NCBI GenBank assembly: GCA_964016885.1 | Contig: OZ024743.1 | Location: 303,800,001 to 303,864,000, forward strand | From: Eledone cirrhosa | Lineage: Eukaryota | DNA: 64,000 nt | Direction: 5' to 3' | Part shown: one piece after another, positions 10,265 to 23,300 of the stretch | How the letters are laid out: each line of letters starts with the position of its first letter | How positions within the stretch are numbered: position 1 is the first letter of the stretch | The notes under the pieces: model-generated | What the model saw: only the letters and a program-made list of their open reading frames with translations | What the model was told of the DNA's origin: nothing | Databases searched by the model: none | Program-made: the position numbers and the translations under genes

Positions 10265-13200
10265 TTTAACATATTTAAATCAATTGTGAAATAACAATTC
10301 TTAGTACAAATGTTGCATAATCCACCGAATGAAGTCCCATAAAATTTCGGATCCATATTATATTGTTATATCGCTCAAATATTCAATTTTGTATTATATA
10401 TTTTGTATTCAAAAAAAGAAAATGGTTATAAATGGAAGAAAACACCCTCTGTCTACACTAAATACAGCGAAATAACAGCAATTTCACCAACACCAGAAAG
10501 TTGATACACCACCTATCCCATCACACTAAATATAACAGCCAGATAACGGCAATTTCACCACCACCACCATCAATCCCGGCATGATAGTAATAATTACTAT
10601 TATTATTGTCTCAAATTTTAACAAAATGTTTAATTCCAATTTTACGGGAATATGTCAACACAATATATATTAAACATACGAACACAAACTCATAGATACT
10701 ACATATCACAAAACCCATTAACCACAAAGCCACCGCCGCCACCACCCCATCCATCATCTTGCTACCACTATCCCATCGCCGTCGCCACCACTCCTTCATT
10801 GCTACCACCACTATTACCCTGTTAACTTGAGAGAGAAAGGGGAAGGTGGCGGTATCACTAGACAAGGGAGAGGCTAGCAAAAGATATAAATAGATTGACT
10901 TAGTGACCTGGCCACCGGCCAAACGTCAACATCAACAACTATGGGACTGCTGGCTCACCCCTTTTTCACCAACAATATAAAAAGCCCCGGCACCACCACC
11001 GACATAGCCAACAACAATAACAGGCAACTACAGCAAAAAGTATATTATATTATTGTAATGCACTGCGTGATTGCTGGCCTTGTGCCTGAAGTGGAGACAA
11101 TTATTAATAATTTCATTCTTCAGCCACGCAATGCTCACATTAAGGAACCACTCAAAGAAGTCCTTGAGGTTTTCTACACTGCCATGTACTACCCATCAAA
11201 TACATCGAATACAGAACAGACATATATCAACTGGAAAAAGAAACATCCCGAAAACAGAGGCTATATTGACAGTAACAAACTAGCCAATATACGAAGAAAT
11301 ATTGTAACAAAAATGTTACTAACTGATATAGAAATTGATCAGATCAAGCTATTAGCACAAAGTCAGCGAAGGGAAAATGAAACATGTGTCAGTGAAAACG
11401 AGATAAACTGTAACACTTCGAACCCCAGGGTTGGGGCGGAATCACTGGCAACAGAACAAATTAAAGAAAGGATCGAAAAAGTGGAGGGAGTACATGCTCA
11501 GGATGAAACTCCAAATGAAAATAATGAGATCGTAAATGATAAAGAAATGAATGAGAATGAACTTGCCAACTTGAAGGATGAAATTATGATCGAATGGATG
11601 AAAATGAAAGAATCTGACATGGGGAAACGAGACACCCTCCCTAAGATCCAGAACTCCAAACAGAACACAAGACTAACATAATTCTCAAAAACATTATCAT
11701 CACAAACAAACTAAACATTACTGATTTAAATCATCTCTATTATGCATCGGCTAAAGTCACCACTCACTTATGTGGAGTGAAGATGAAAACACAAAGGAAT
11801 TCCCACAAGAAATCTACTTGGCAAGAGAACATCAATCGCCAAATAAACCTTCTCCGATCTGACATAGAAATTTTAACAAACTATAAAGTAGGTGAACATG
11901 TTAAATAAACTAAACTTAGAAAATTGAAAAAAAAAGTACAGTATAAAATCAACATGTGACATAGACATGCTGATAGAAATAATCAAGCAAAAAGTGTCGG
12001 CCAAAGCTGCTCGTATAAGGCGCTTTGAAAAACGATCTAGATTCTATAAGGACAATAATATGTTCAAAAACAACCAAAGAAACTTCTACAGAAAAATTGG
12101 TAAGTCAACAATAACTGCTAAATCAATACCACCCAAGGAGGAAGTGCAAGAATTCTGGGAAAAGTTCTGGGCCGAAGAAAAAGTTCATAACATACATGCC
12201 CCATGGATAGACAGACAAATGAAACATACAGCTCACCTTGAGGAACAAATATGGGAAAATATAACAGTTGAACAGTTGCGCTTGGCTCTAAGAAAAACCA
12301 GCAAATGGAAATCCCCAGGAAAAGACAAAATACAAAACCTTTGGATAAATGCCTTCACAGAGTCTCATGAGCTGTTAGCCCAACTTTACAATGAAATAGT
12401 TAAGGAGCCAGAAAAGATACCATCATGGCTAGTTAACGGCATTACATTCCTGCTTCCGAAGAATGATGAAACAAACAATCCCCAAAATTACAGACCGATA
12501 ACTTGCTTGACCACAATGTATAAAATTTTAACTTCAGTCCTAACGGAATACACATATGACCACCTGATAACAAATGATCTATTTCTCATTGAGCAGAAAG
12601 GGTGTAAACGAGGCTCATATGGCTGTAAGGATCAGCTTCTGGTTAACAAAATGATACTGGAAGATTGTCATAATAGACACAAAAATCTATCGATTGCTTG
12701 GATAGATTATAAAAAAGCATTCGATAGGTTGCCACACAGTTGGATTGAAAAATGTTTAGAGATTTTCAATATATCCCCCGTTGTCAGGAGGTTTTTGTCA
12801 TTCAGTATGAAGACATGGAAAACGACACTCCTTTTGAATAGTGAAAAAAAATCACTGGAAGCTAGAGAAGTTAATATTAATTGTGGAATTTTTCAGGGTG
12901 ACTCTTTATCACCGCTTTTATTCTGCATCGCACTTATACCATTAAGTAAAATGCTCAATGAAACAAAACATGGATATAAATCTATGACAAAACCATTAAT
13001 CACCTGTTCTACATGGATGACCTGAAACTATTTGCAAAAAATGATGAACAATTGCAAGGGCTATTATCCACTGTGGAGCAGTTCAGTGATGACATTAAAA
13101 TGGAGTTTGGACTAGATAAATGCGCCAAAGCAACGTTCACCAGAGGAAAACTGCTAAAGAGTTCAGACATTAATCTTGATCGGGGGAACGTGATAAGAGA

Positions 13201-14701
13201 ACTTGATCAAGAAAAAACTTACAAGTATCTAGGTGTTTGTGAAGGAGATGGAATCAAGCACTCGACAATGAGGGAAAGGATAAGGAAGGAATGTTACCGC
13301 AGAGTAGGAGCTGTCTTAAGAACGGAATTGAATGCAAGGAATAGGATCGATGCCATAAACATGCTTGCCATACCAGTAGTAACCCACAGTTACAATGTCA
13401 TCAACTGGTCAAGCAGAGAGATCCGTAGCTCGATACAAAAATTCGAAAATTCTTAACCATGCACAGAATGCATCACCCTAAGGCAGATATAGATAGAATA
13501 TATCTCCCTAGGAAAGAAGGAGGACGTGGGTTAATCCAGTTAGACATTGCGTTGAAAACTGCAACAACTGGATTATTTACATATCTAAGGGAAACACATG
13601 ATTGGATGATCAAACTCGTTTTGAAACACGAAAGCATTAAAAGATCATATTCCATTACAAAAGATGCACAAAGATACAGTAATGGACTACAAATTTCAGA
13701 AGTCCCATTTACTGATGAAATGGAAAACACAGAAAAAACAAAGCGGGTAAAAGTAACTGCAAAGAAAGAACTGCTACAGAAACTGGCTAAGAAATGGCAA
13801 GAAAAGCCTCTGTATGGAAAAATCCCAGAGCGAGCTAACAATCCTGATGTTGACAAAACTTTAACCTATAAGTGGTTGGCATCCTCTGGACTGAAATCGG
13901 AGACTGAAGGACTGATTATATCAGCACAAGATCAGTGTCTGCCAACAAAAATTACCAAGCCAACATAATAAAAAATGGATGCAGCCCATTATGCCGTGTA
14001 TGCAAAAAACAACCAGAGACCATTGACCATATAATTTCAATGTGCAGTCCTATAGCTGCAACCGAATACCTAAACAGGCATGAGAGAGCTGCACAACACA
14101 TACATTGGATAATGTGTAAGCATTTTAACCTGCCCCATCAAAAGAATTGGTGGGAGCATCAACCACCTCCCATACTTGAAAAAGATCACATCTCAATCTT
14201 GTGGAACTTTAGCATCCAAACAGACCGAAAAATAGATGCAAATAGACCTGATATAATATTGAAGGATTTTAAAAATAGGGTATGCCTGCTAATTGATATG
14301 TCTGTTCCAATAGACAAGGATGTATCTATAAAAACATTTGAAAAATTGAGCAAGTATAAGGACCTGGAGTTAGAAATTGGAAAATTGTGGAAATTGAGAA
14401 CTAAAACAATACCAGTGGTTGTAGACGCTCTGGGAATGATACATAAGGGGTCTAATGATTACTTATTGCAGATCCCAGGAAACCCGCGTATAGGAGAAAT
14501 ACAAAAGATAGTACTAATGGGAACTGCCCATATACTAAGGAAGATTCTGTCAATATAAGTACATCACAAGTCTAAACACTAAAGATGCATGTGTGAGTAT
14601 GTATGTTCTTCCTTGAACATGGCGGACCTTGTTGTCTCTTGAGGTCACTGGTTGTGACTTGGTGATAACTCGTATGAACTTAAAGCAAGATATATGCAAC
14701 T

Positions 14702-14702
<1 letters not shown>
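10265..14702 (+). mobile_element. DongB copy 2 (near full length; lacks ~60 nt at the 5' end and ~285 bp around the ORF start)
   Basis: 5' leader homologous to 20410+ and to 35330-. Single RT-RLE ORF in pieces from ~11153 to 14558 ([33 protein letters not shown]). Ends in (TAA)n. Confidence 0.92.
11055..11100 (+). mobile_element. 3' fragment of the tRNA-derived SINE, inserted in the DongB 5' UTR
   Basis: GTAATGCACTG..TTGCTGGCCTTGTGCCT.AAGT.GA.ACAATTATT matches 61413-61463. Absent at the homologous position of DongB copy 3 (~34540). Flanked by ATTATT. Confidence 0.8.
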
Positions 14703-14736
<34 letters not shown>

Positions 14737-14751
14737 TATAATAATAATAAT
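14703..14751. repeat. (TAA)n spacer (tail-to-tail junction of DongB and Tx1A)
   Basis: Read directly. Confidence 0.97.
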
Positions 14752-16877
14752 GTTTTCTTTATTAACCACAAGGGTTCACATAAAGTAGACATTAAGGACA
14801 GTACAGGACAATACAGGACGGTACAAATGGGCATTTCTGCGTGTAAAAAAACAGAGGTTGAAATAAAATAACAACGAAAAATTCCCCAATAGGGGGGAGA
14901 CTTCCAAGGGACATTTGTGGAGAAAGCCCATTAAAAGACCACAGTGGCCCTGACCACTAGGGCAAGTGCCCTCTCCCAGTTTTCCACCTTTAATTTACAG
15001 ACACATACTCAGAGAAGGCCCATTCATTCGGGCCATACTTGCTTCTCTCACCCATCTTTCAACAAAATGCTGGGAAGAGAGCACTTCCCTCTCTACCCTG
15101 ATTTTCCTTTTCAAATGAAATTTGAAAAAGTTAATCAGGGCATCACCGAAGAGGTAAGTGCTCGTCTTCAGCCCTTTCCAACTTGTCCACCATACTATCT
15201 CTTTCGCCATGTCCACCAGACAGATAAAAACTGCCTGCCCTTCCAGGCTAAAGGAAGGGGGCGGGGCAATCCTCACGATGGACTCAGCTGATAGCTGGAT
15301 CCGTTCTACACGTGACAGCAGGTGTTCGACATAAACCCAAAAGTCAGCAATGCTCGGACACTGGACGAGTGCGTGCAGGACGGTTTCGTCGCCCTGCGCG
15401 CATCTCGGACATGCCCGGCTGACGGCACCTCCATGCCTGTAGAGTTTATCCCGAACTCGCAAAGCTCCTCGGTAGCACTGCCAGGCCAGGGATTTCTGGA
15501 AGTTGTCCATAGGCCCCGGCCCGAAAGTCCTTCCGAAGAGATTGGCTAGTTGATTTTCGTCGACGCCTAGATTTTCTCCAAGTACGTCATCGCTCTTCCC
15601 CTCCACTAATCCCCTATAGAACGCCAAGGTGGAGTTTCCACCGATAACATTGCCCGATTGGTCGAGGGCTGTGAGCGCCTGAAGACATTCCAGTCTCCAA
15701 GCGCTCCCTCTCGGTCTTCGCTTGACCCAGGACTGCAGCTCCGTCGAGGAGACGAGCTGGGGAAAAACGTGTCTTGCAAACGGCGACCACACCTGATCAC
15801 CGTCGAGGAAGAGGTGGAGATGTCGTAGCCTGAGCGCGTGTCTGCGCATCATCAGCCACGGCATGCCCAGCCCTCCACGTAGCGGGTGTTGACAGCAGAT
15901 GGACCGCCTGACCATCGGAGCGCGTCCCTTCCACAAGAAGCGAAAGAGCAAACGCTCCAGCGCAGTCAGGCGGGGCTTAGGACAAGGTACGACGGTCAGG
16001 CGGTAGTAGATGACGGATGCGATGTACGCATTCGCCACCTCCGCTCGACCTTTCAGGGATAGCTTCCTCTCGGCCCATTTCTGGGTGAGAGAAGCCACCC
16101 TGCTCGTCACCTCGTCCCAGTTTTTGTCCGTCTGGAGGTCTGGACCGAACCAGACCCCTAGCAATTTAACCGGTCCGTCCGTCCAGCGCCCGACGACGCT
16201 GTTGGACGGCATGGACCTGCCTCTCCAGGTGCCGAGCTGCAGGCCCACTGACTTTTCCTGGTTGATCATTGCTCCTGTCACCGCTTCGTATTCTCTTAGT
16301 GTAGTGCCGATCGCCTCGATGTGTTTGGCGTTCGACACCACTACGGTGACATCGTCGGCATATGCTGACACGGATCTTCCGCATCCTAGTTCGCGCGGGA
16401 CCCCCGTCAACGTCTCCAGTTTGTGCAGTAATGGCTCGAGAGTCAATACGTACAATAGGGACGAGAGGGGACATCATTGGCGGACCGAGCGCATGATGTT
16501 GAACGGTTCCGAAAGGTGACCGTTCACTCTCACTACAGAGAAGATGTCGCTGTGCATGGCAGCGATCCAGCCTCTGAAGACGGGCCCAAAGCCAGCCGCC
16601 CTCAGGACTGCCGCTAGGTAACGATGGTCGACCCTATCGAAGGCTTTCGACTGATATATATTGATCAAAGACCCACCCGTGCCAGGTTCCCTAGCTACCC
16701 TCTCTAAGATGTATCGCATGAGGTGGAGGTTGTCATGGATGGATCTGTCGGGAATGGCGCATGTTTGTGCCTCTCCCACCAGACAACCAACGACAAGCGC
16801 CAACCTCTTTGCTAGCACCTTGGCCAAAATCTTGGACTCTGTGTTTAGCAGAGTTATGGGCCTAAAATTATCTATGT

Positions 16878-16878
<1 letters not shown>
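14752..16878 (-). mobile_element. Tx1A copy 2 (5'-truncated at the start of RT)
   Basis: Nearly identical to 1538-3660. Begins at NIDNFRPITLLN and contains AYADD and CPRC. A 486-aa open segment runs 14995-16455. Confidence 0.94.

Positions 16879-16916
<38 letters not shown>
16879..16916. repeat. (AAT)n spacer
   Basis: Read directly. Confidence 0.97.
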
Positions 16917-18210
16917 TGGGCGTTCTGGAGGCTGATGGCATAAAGAACAAAAACATGAAGGAATTGTTAAGAACTGAATACATTCGGAGAATAAGGAGCG
17001 TATTGAAGTCACATCTGAACAGCAGAAATGCCATAAGCGCAGTAAATTCCCGAGCTGTGTCTATTATTAGGTACATTGCGGGAATTCTGAGATGGAATGT
17101 TACTGAACAAAAAGAAATGGATAGGAAGACTAGGAAGCTATTGACTACCTACAACATGTTCCACAAGAGGAGTGATGTCGATAGACTCTACCTAAGGAGA
17201 TCTGAGGGTGGAAGAGGTCTTATCAGCATAGAGGACTGGGTTCAGATGGAGAAAAACAACCTATACAAATACGTGACCTATAGTAAGGAGCCAATGCTCA
17301 GAACTGTACTGAAGGAGGGGACAGTAGGCCAGGGGATGTCCAAGGAGGAAATAACATCAAGGAGGAAGAGCAGCCTTAAGGGAAAATCCTTTCATAGTAC
17401 CTTCTTTGAGAAAACTGAATTTAGAGATCCACAGACATGGAACAGGCTGAGAAGAGGAGACCTCAAAAAGGCTACAGAAGGAATGCTAATGGCTGCGCAG
17501 GATCAGGCCCTCAAAACGAAGTGGTTGAAGCACCATATTTACAAGGAGGAGGCTAGCCCACTGTGCAGGATCTGTGGACAGAGAGAGGAGACTGTGGCTC
17601 ACATTGTGTCCGAGTGTAAACACCTAGCCCAGACCCACTATAAGGGCTGGAGACACGATGTGATGGGCAGGGTGATCCACTGGACCCTGTGCAAAGTAAA
17701 CAATTTACCACATTCTGAGAAATGGTATGAGCATAGGCCAGAGGCGGTGATGGAGAACAATCAGGTGAAGGTGCTGTGGGATTTTAGGATACAGACGGAC
17801 AAAAAATTGGAACACAATAGACCTGACCTGGTGGTTGTGGACAAAGAAAAAAGATCGTGTCTGATTGTGGATGTGGCCTGCCCGTTCGACACGAGAGTGC
17901 AAGAGAAGGAGAGGGAGAAACTTAACCGATACCAGGACCTAAAGTGGGAGGTGAAAAGGATTTGGAACTGCCATGAAGTCAAAGTAATCCCGATTGTCAT
18001 AGGCGCACTGGGGACTATCTCAAAAAGTTTCCAGGGATGGTTGAAGAAGATCGGCCCCTTCACGCTTTTTGGAACGCTTCAAAAGGCATGCTTGCTTGGA
18101 ACAGCAAGAACCCTCCGATACGTCCTGAATATCTGAGGCTGCAGGTAGTGGCTTGATATTCAATCCTACGGACTTTCCAGTTAACCAACATCAATGACTG
18201 AGATTCAAGG
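16917..18210 (+). mobile_element. R4/Dong-type family DongC, copy 1 (5'-truncated)
   Basis: Open frame to 18136 containing [24 protein letters not shown] and [18 protein letters not shown]. The 3' UTR ends GATTCAAGG followed by (AAC/AAT)n. Confidence 0.94.
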
Positions 18211-18219
18211 AATGACAAC

Positions 18220-18305
<86 letters not shown>
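18211..18305. repeat. (AAT)n spacer
   Basis: Read directly. Confidence 0.97.
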
Positions 18306-20290
18306 GAGCATTGTGTCTGAGGAAATCTACCATCACCTCCACACAAACAACTTGGTACCGGACGAAAATAAAGGATGCCGAAAGAAGTCACGTGGTACAA
18401 AGGACCAGTTACTTATTGATAAGATGGTAATGGGGAATTGCAGGAGGAGACACACTGATCTTGCCATGGGATGGATAGACTACAGAAAGGCATTTGACAT
18501 GGTGCCTCATTCTTGGATCACCAAAAGCCTGGAGATCTTCAGAGTGGCAGATATCATCAGACAGTTGCTAGGCAGGTGTATGGGGTCCTGGGAGACAGAG
18601 TTGACATCAACTGGAGTATCCTTGGGAAGCGTGAAGATCAAGAGAGGTATCTTCCAGGGAGATAGCCTGTCCCCTCTGTTGTTTATCCTTGCCCTGATGA
18701 CCTTGACCATTATGCTGCGAAAAGTGAGAGCAGGATACAAGTTGGGAAGGGGAGAGCTTACCATCAATCACCTCCTCTTCATGGACGATCTTAAACTCTT
18801 CGGGAAAAGTGAGAAGGAGTTGAATGTGCTTGTTGACACTGTCCGTATTTTCAGCAGTGATATATGTATGCAGTTTGGTATTGGTAAATGTGGAGTCATT
18901 GTGATGAAGAGGGGTAGGTTGAGCAGAAGTAACGGGATCCAGATACCAACAGGTGAGATGATAAAGGAAATTGACTCTGAGGAAGGATACAAGTATTTGG
19001 GCGTTCTGGAGGCTGATGGCATAAAGAACAAAAAAATGAAGGAATTGTTAAGAACTGAATACATTCGGAGAGTAAGGAGCGTATTGAAGTCACATCTGAA
19101 CAGCAGAAATGCCATAAGCGCAGTAAATTCCCGAGCTGTGTCTATTATTACGTACAGTGCGGGAATTCTGAGATGGAATGTTGCTGAACAGAAAGAAGTG
19201 GATAGGAAGACTAGGAAGCTATTGACTACCTACAACATGTTCCACGAGAGGAGTGATGTCGATAGACTCTACCTAAGGAGATCTGAGGGTGGAAGAGGTC
19301 TTATCAGCATAGAGGACTGTGTTCAGATGGAGAAAAACAACCTATACAAATACGTGACCTATAGTAAGGAGCCAATGCTCAGAACTGTACTGAAGGAGGG
19401 GACAGTAGGCCAGGGGATGTCCAAGGAGGAAATAACATCAAAGAGGATGAGCAGCCTTAAGGGAAAATCCCTTCATAGTACCTTCTTTGAGAAAACTGAA
19501 TTTAGAGATCCACAGACATGGAACTGGTTGAGAAGAGGAGACCTCAAAAAGGCTACAGAAGGAATGCTAATGGCTGCGCAGGAGCAGGCCCTCAAAACGA
19601 AGTGGTTGAAGCACCATATTTACAAGGAGGAGGCTAGACCACTGTGCAGGATATGTGGAGAGAGAGAGGAGACTGTGGCTCACATTGTGTCCGAGTGTAA
19701 ACACCTAGCCCAGACCCACTATAAGGGCTGGAGACACGATGTGATGGGCAGGGTGATCCACTGGCACCTGTGCAAAGTAAACAATTTACCACATTCTGAG
19801 AAATGGTATGAGCATAGGCCAGAGGCGGTGATGGAGAACAGTCAGGTGAAGGTGCTGTGGGATTTTAGGATACAGACGGACAAAAAACTGGAACACAATA
19901 GACCTGACCTGGTGGTTGTGGACAAAGAAAAAAGATCGTGTCTGATTGTGGATGTGGCCTGCCCGTTCGACACGAGAGTGCAAGAGAAGGAGAGGGAGAA
20001 AATTAACCGATACCAGGTCCTAAAGTGGGAGGTGAAAAGGATTTGGAACTGCCATGAAGTCAAAGTGATCCCGATTGCCATAGGCGTACTGGGGACTATC
20101 TCCAAAAGTTCCAGGGATGGTTGAAGAAGATCGGCCCCTTCACGCTTTTTGGAACGCTTCAAAAGGCATGCTTGCTTGGAACAGCAAGAACCCTCCGATA
20201 CGTCCTGAATATCTGAGGCTGCAGGTAGTGGCTTGATATTCAATCCTACGGACTTTCCAGTTAACCAACATCACTGACTGAGATTCAAGG
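18306..20290 (+). mobile_element. DongC copy 2 (5'-truncated in RT)
   Basis: 603-aa open frame with [28 protein letters not shown] and RLE motifs. One frameshift near 20110. Same 3' UTR as the other DongC copies. Confidence 0.94.
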
Positions 20291-20299
20291 AATAACAAC

Positions 20300-20355
<56 letters not shown>
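20291..20355. repeat. (AAT)n spacer
   Basis: Read directly. Confidence 0.97.
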
Positions 20356-23300
20356 GGGAAGAAGACGCACGAGGTGGCGGAGGTCATGAAATCGGTCCCG
20401 TAAGTTTTGAATTTTTAACATATTTAAATCATTTGTGAAATAACAACTCTTAGTACAAATGCTACGTAAAGCACCCGGCTTGAGCCCCTAAAAATTCGGA
20501 CCCAAAATATATTGTTGTAAGGCTCAAATATTCAAATATTCAACTTTGTATTGTACACTGTATATCCAAAAAAGAAAATGGCTATAAATGGACGAAGAAG
20601 AACCCCCTCCTCTCCTCTGTCTACACTATATAGAAGAGCCAAACTCACCAACACCAGAAACTAGATACACCACCCACCCCATCACCTGTGTACACTAAAC
20701 ACAACAGCCAGATAACGGCATTTTCACCACCATTGCTCACTACGGCCATCATTACCACCATTATCCCATCACCGCCGCCACCACCCCTTCACTCCTTCAC
20801 TGCTGCCACCGCTACAGCACCATCACTACAGTAATACGGTCACATCACCGCCACCACTGCCTCGGTATCGACATCACCACCACCACTGTCTCAGTATCGC
20901 TACCGCCGCCAGTCTCCCACCTCAACCAGCTGGCTGCTGCCACCACATTATAGAATCCCTACTGCTAAAAAAGAGGAAGGCATCAAAATATATAGATAGA
21001 CTCAAAAGAAAAAAGAAAAAACAAACAACAAAACCAAAGCAGCACAGCAACAACAGCAAAAAACGAGAAAAACAAACAGAGAAAAACAAAAACAAAAACA
21101 AAAAAAAACCCCAAAAAACGTACAGAAAATAAGAATGAAGAGAGAAGCAGGCGGACGGACAGAGAAGAGGAGGGACAAACTAAAACTTAAAAAACAAAAA
21201 CTAAGTCAGACATTCGAACACTACATTACAATGAAACTTATGCTTATTCATTTTTGGGGCCCTTTCTGTCTGTGTGTTTGTTTGTTTATGTGTGTTCGTA
21301 TACAGCGTGGTGATAATGCCACACAAGGGCCAAGTGGAATGGCGGATCCACAGATGGCTATGTAACCATACATTCGCCAATCCTCGATAAGAGTGTTTAA
21401 ATATCGAACATAAACAGTTCGAATAACGGTGAAATGGAGACTAGAACGTCATGTGACAGACTCTCACCCAACAGGTGCCCCCTGGCTCAGCAGCAGGAAC
21501 CTGACTGTCAACCAAATACTGCTGATGTTGGAGGAAGGAGAAGAAGGAAAGGGGCCAGAACCAACTGGACGAAAGAATTGAATAGAACTGTTATGCAATG
21601 TTACCTGAAAAGTAACCCCAAGGAGAGGGGCTACAGGAGACGGATGCATAACATCTGGAACGAGATTGGTTTATTTAAATTAGATGAACAAAAATTGGCC
21701 GGGCAGGCTCGGGTAATAAGAACTAATGGGTGGATAAGCGAGCTGGAACTGGAGGAACTGAGCAGAGAGAATGGCTTGGAGTTGGCGGGTGTAGTATGCC
21801 AGACAAGCGAGCCAGTGGGAAATGAAGGTGAAGAGGTCCTGAGAACGGAGGAACCACCCGAAGCAGACAATGATCTGAATACTGAGATAAATAATACCTG
21901 GAACAGAGATACGGCCACTGAGGAGATGAATGCTGACGGGCTAGGACAAGATTCGGTTGACATCCTAAATTTAGTGGTAGATGAATTGAACAATGATAGT
22001 GGGAGGCCTATGAACCTAAGATTTGTATACAGGAAAAAGTTAAAAGAAACAACAGCTAAGGTAAACAAAGTCATCCCATACCTTGAGGCGAGGAGCCTTC
22101 ACCAGTGCAACAATATCCTCAAAGCAACAGCAAATACGGTGAGGAAACTACTTGGTATAAAAGCGAGAGGAAACAACAGACAAGAAAGAGCAGAGCCGTG
22201 GTGGAAGAAACGACTGAGTGGGCAAATCGGGGAAATGAGAAATGACATAGGAAAGCTTGAGTCACTACTGAATGCGACACTAAAATACATAGGCACTAAA
22301 AATAGACTGGAAATAAAATACAAAACTAGGAGTAAAAAGCTAAATATTATCATAGAGGAACTGAAGCAACGCATTGTAGCAAAGAGTGCAAAAATCAGGC
22401 GATACGAGAACAGAGTCAGTCAGTATAAACAGAACCGCATGTTCGACAACAACCAGAAGATGCTGTTTGGACATCTTGAGGGGAAAGAAAGAGGCAACGA
22501 CTTGATCCCTGGGGCGGAGCAAACTAAAACATTCTGGAGAGGAATATGGGAGCAGGATGTTAGACATAATGTCCAGGCAGGGTGGATTGAGACAGTACAG
22601 AGGGAGATCGGTGGGCAAGCACAACAACAAACTGATTTGAGTATCACAGTTGAAACTCTTAAGGGGCAGGCCAAAAAACTAACCAACTGGAAATCACCAG
22701 GCCCAGATGGTGTGCAGGGGTATTGGATTAAACATTTAACATCCCTCCACCCGAAGCTGACGGCCATGTTCAATGACTGCTTGGTGTCGGGTCAGGTGCC
22801 AGAGTGGTTGACAAAAGGTACCACAGTTCTGATAATGAAAGACCGAATCAAGGGTAATGATGTTGCCAACTATAGACCTATCACATGTCTGTTCGTAATG
22901 TGGTAACTGTTGACGAGCATCGTGTCTGAGGAAATCTACCATCACCTCCACACAAACAACTTGTTACCGGACGAACAGAAAGGATGCCGAAAGAAGTCAC
23001 GTGGTACAAAGGACCAGTTATTTATTGATAAGATGGTAATGGGGAATTGCAGGAGGAGACACACTGATCTTGCCATGGGATGGATAGACTACAGAAAGGC
23101 ATTTGACATGGTGCCTCATTCTTGGATCACCAAAAGCCTGGAGATCTTCAGGGTGGCAGATAACATCAGACAGTTGCTAGGCAGGAGTATGGGGTCCTGG
23201 GAGACAGAGTTGACATGAACTGGAGTATCCTTGGGAAGCGTGAAGATCAAGAAAGGTATCTTCCAGGGAGATAGCCTGTCCCCTCTGTTGTGTGTCCTTG

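Noticed and set aside
10941-11681. 246-aa ORF as a separate ORF1 of DongB
   Set aside because: Its N-terminal part runs through 5' UTR, a SINE fragment and a deletion junction. The rest is the N-terminus of the single Dong ORF.
16474-17076. 200-aa ORF apparently fusing Dong antisense sequence, poly-Tyr and Tx1 RT
   Set aside because: Chance read-through across the (TAT)n spacer. The poly-L, poly-I and poly-N ORFs at other spacers arise the same way.
21370-21400. HDV-like ribozyme suggested by TCCTCG in the DongC 5' UTR, and by the GC-rich 34340-34460 region of DongB
   Set aside because: I could not build the P1, P3 and P1.1 pairings around the motif by eye. An Infernal or RNArobo search would be needed.
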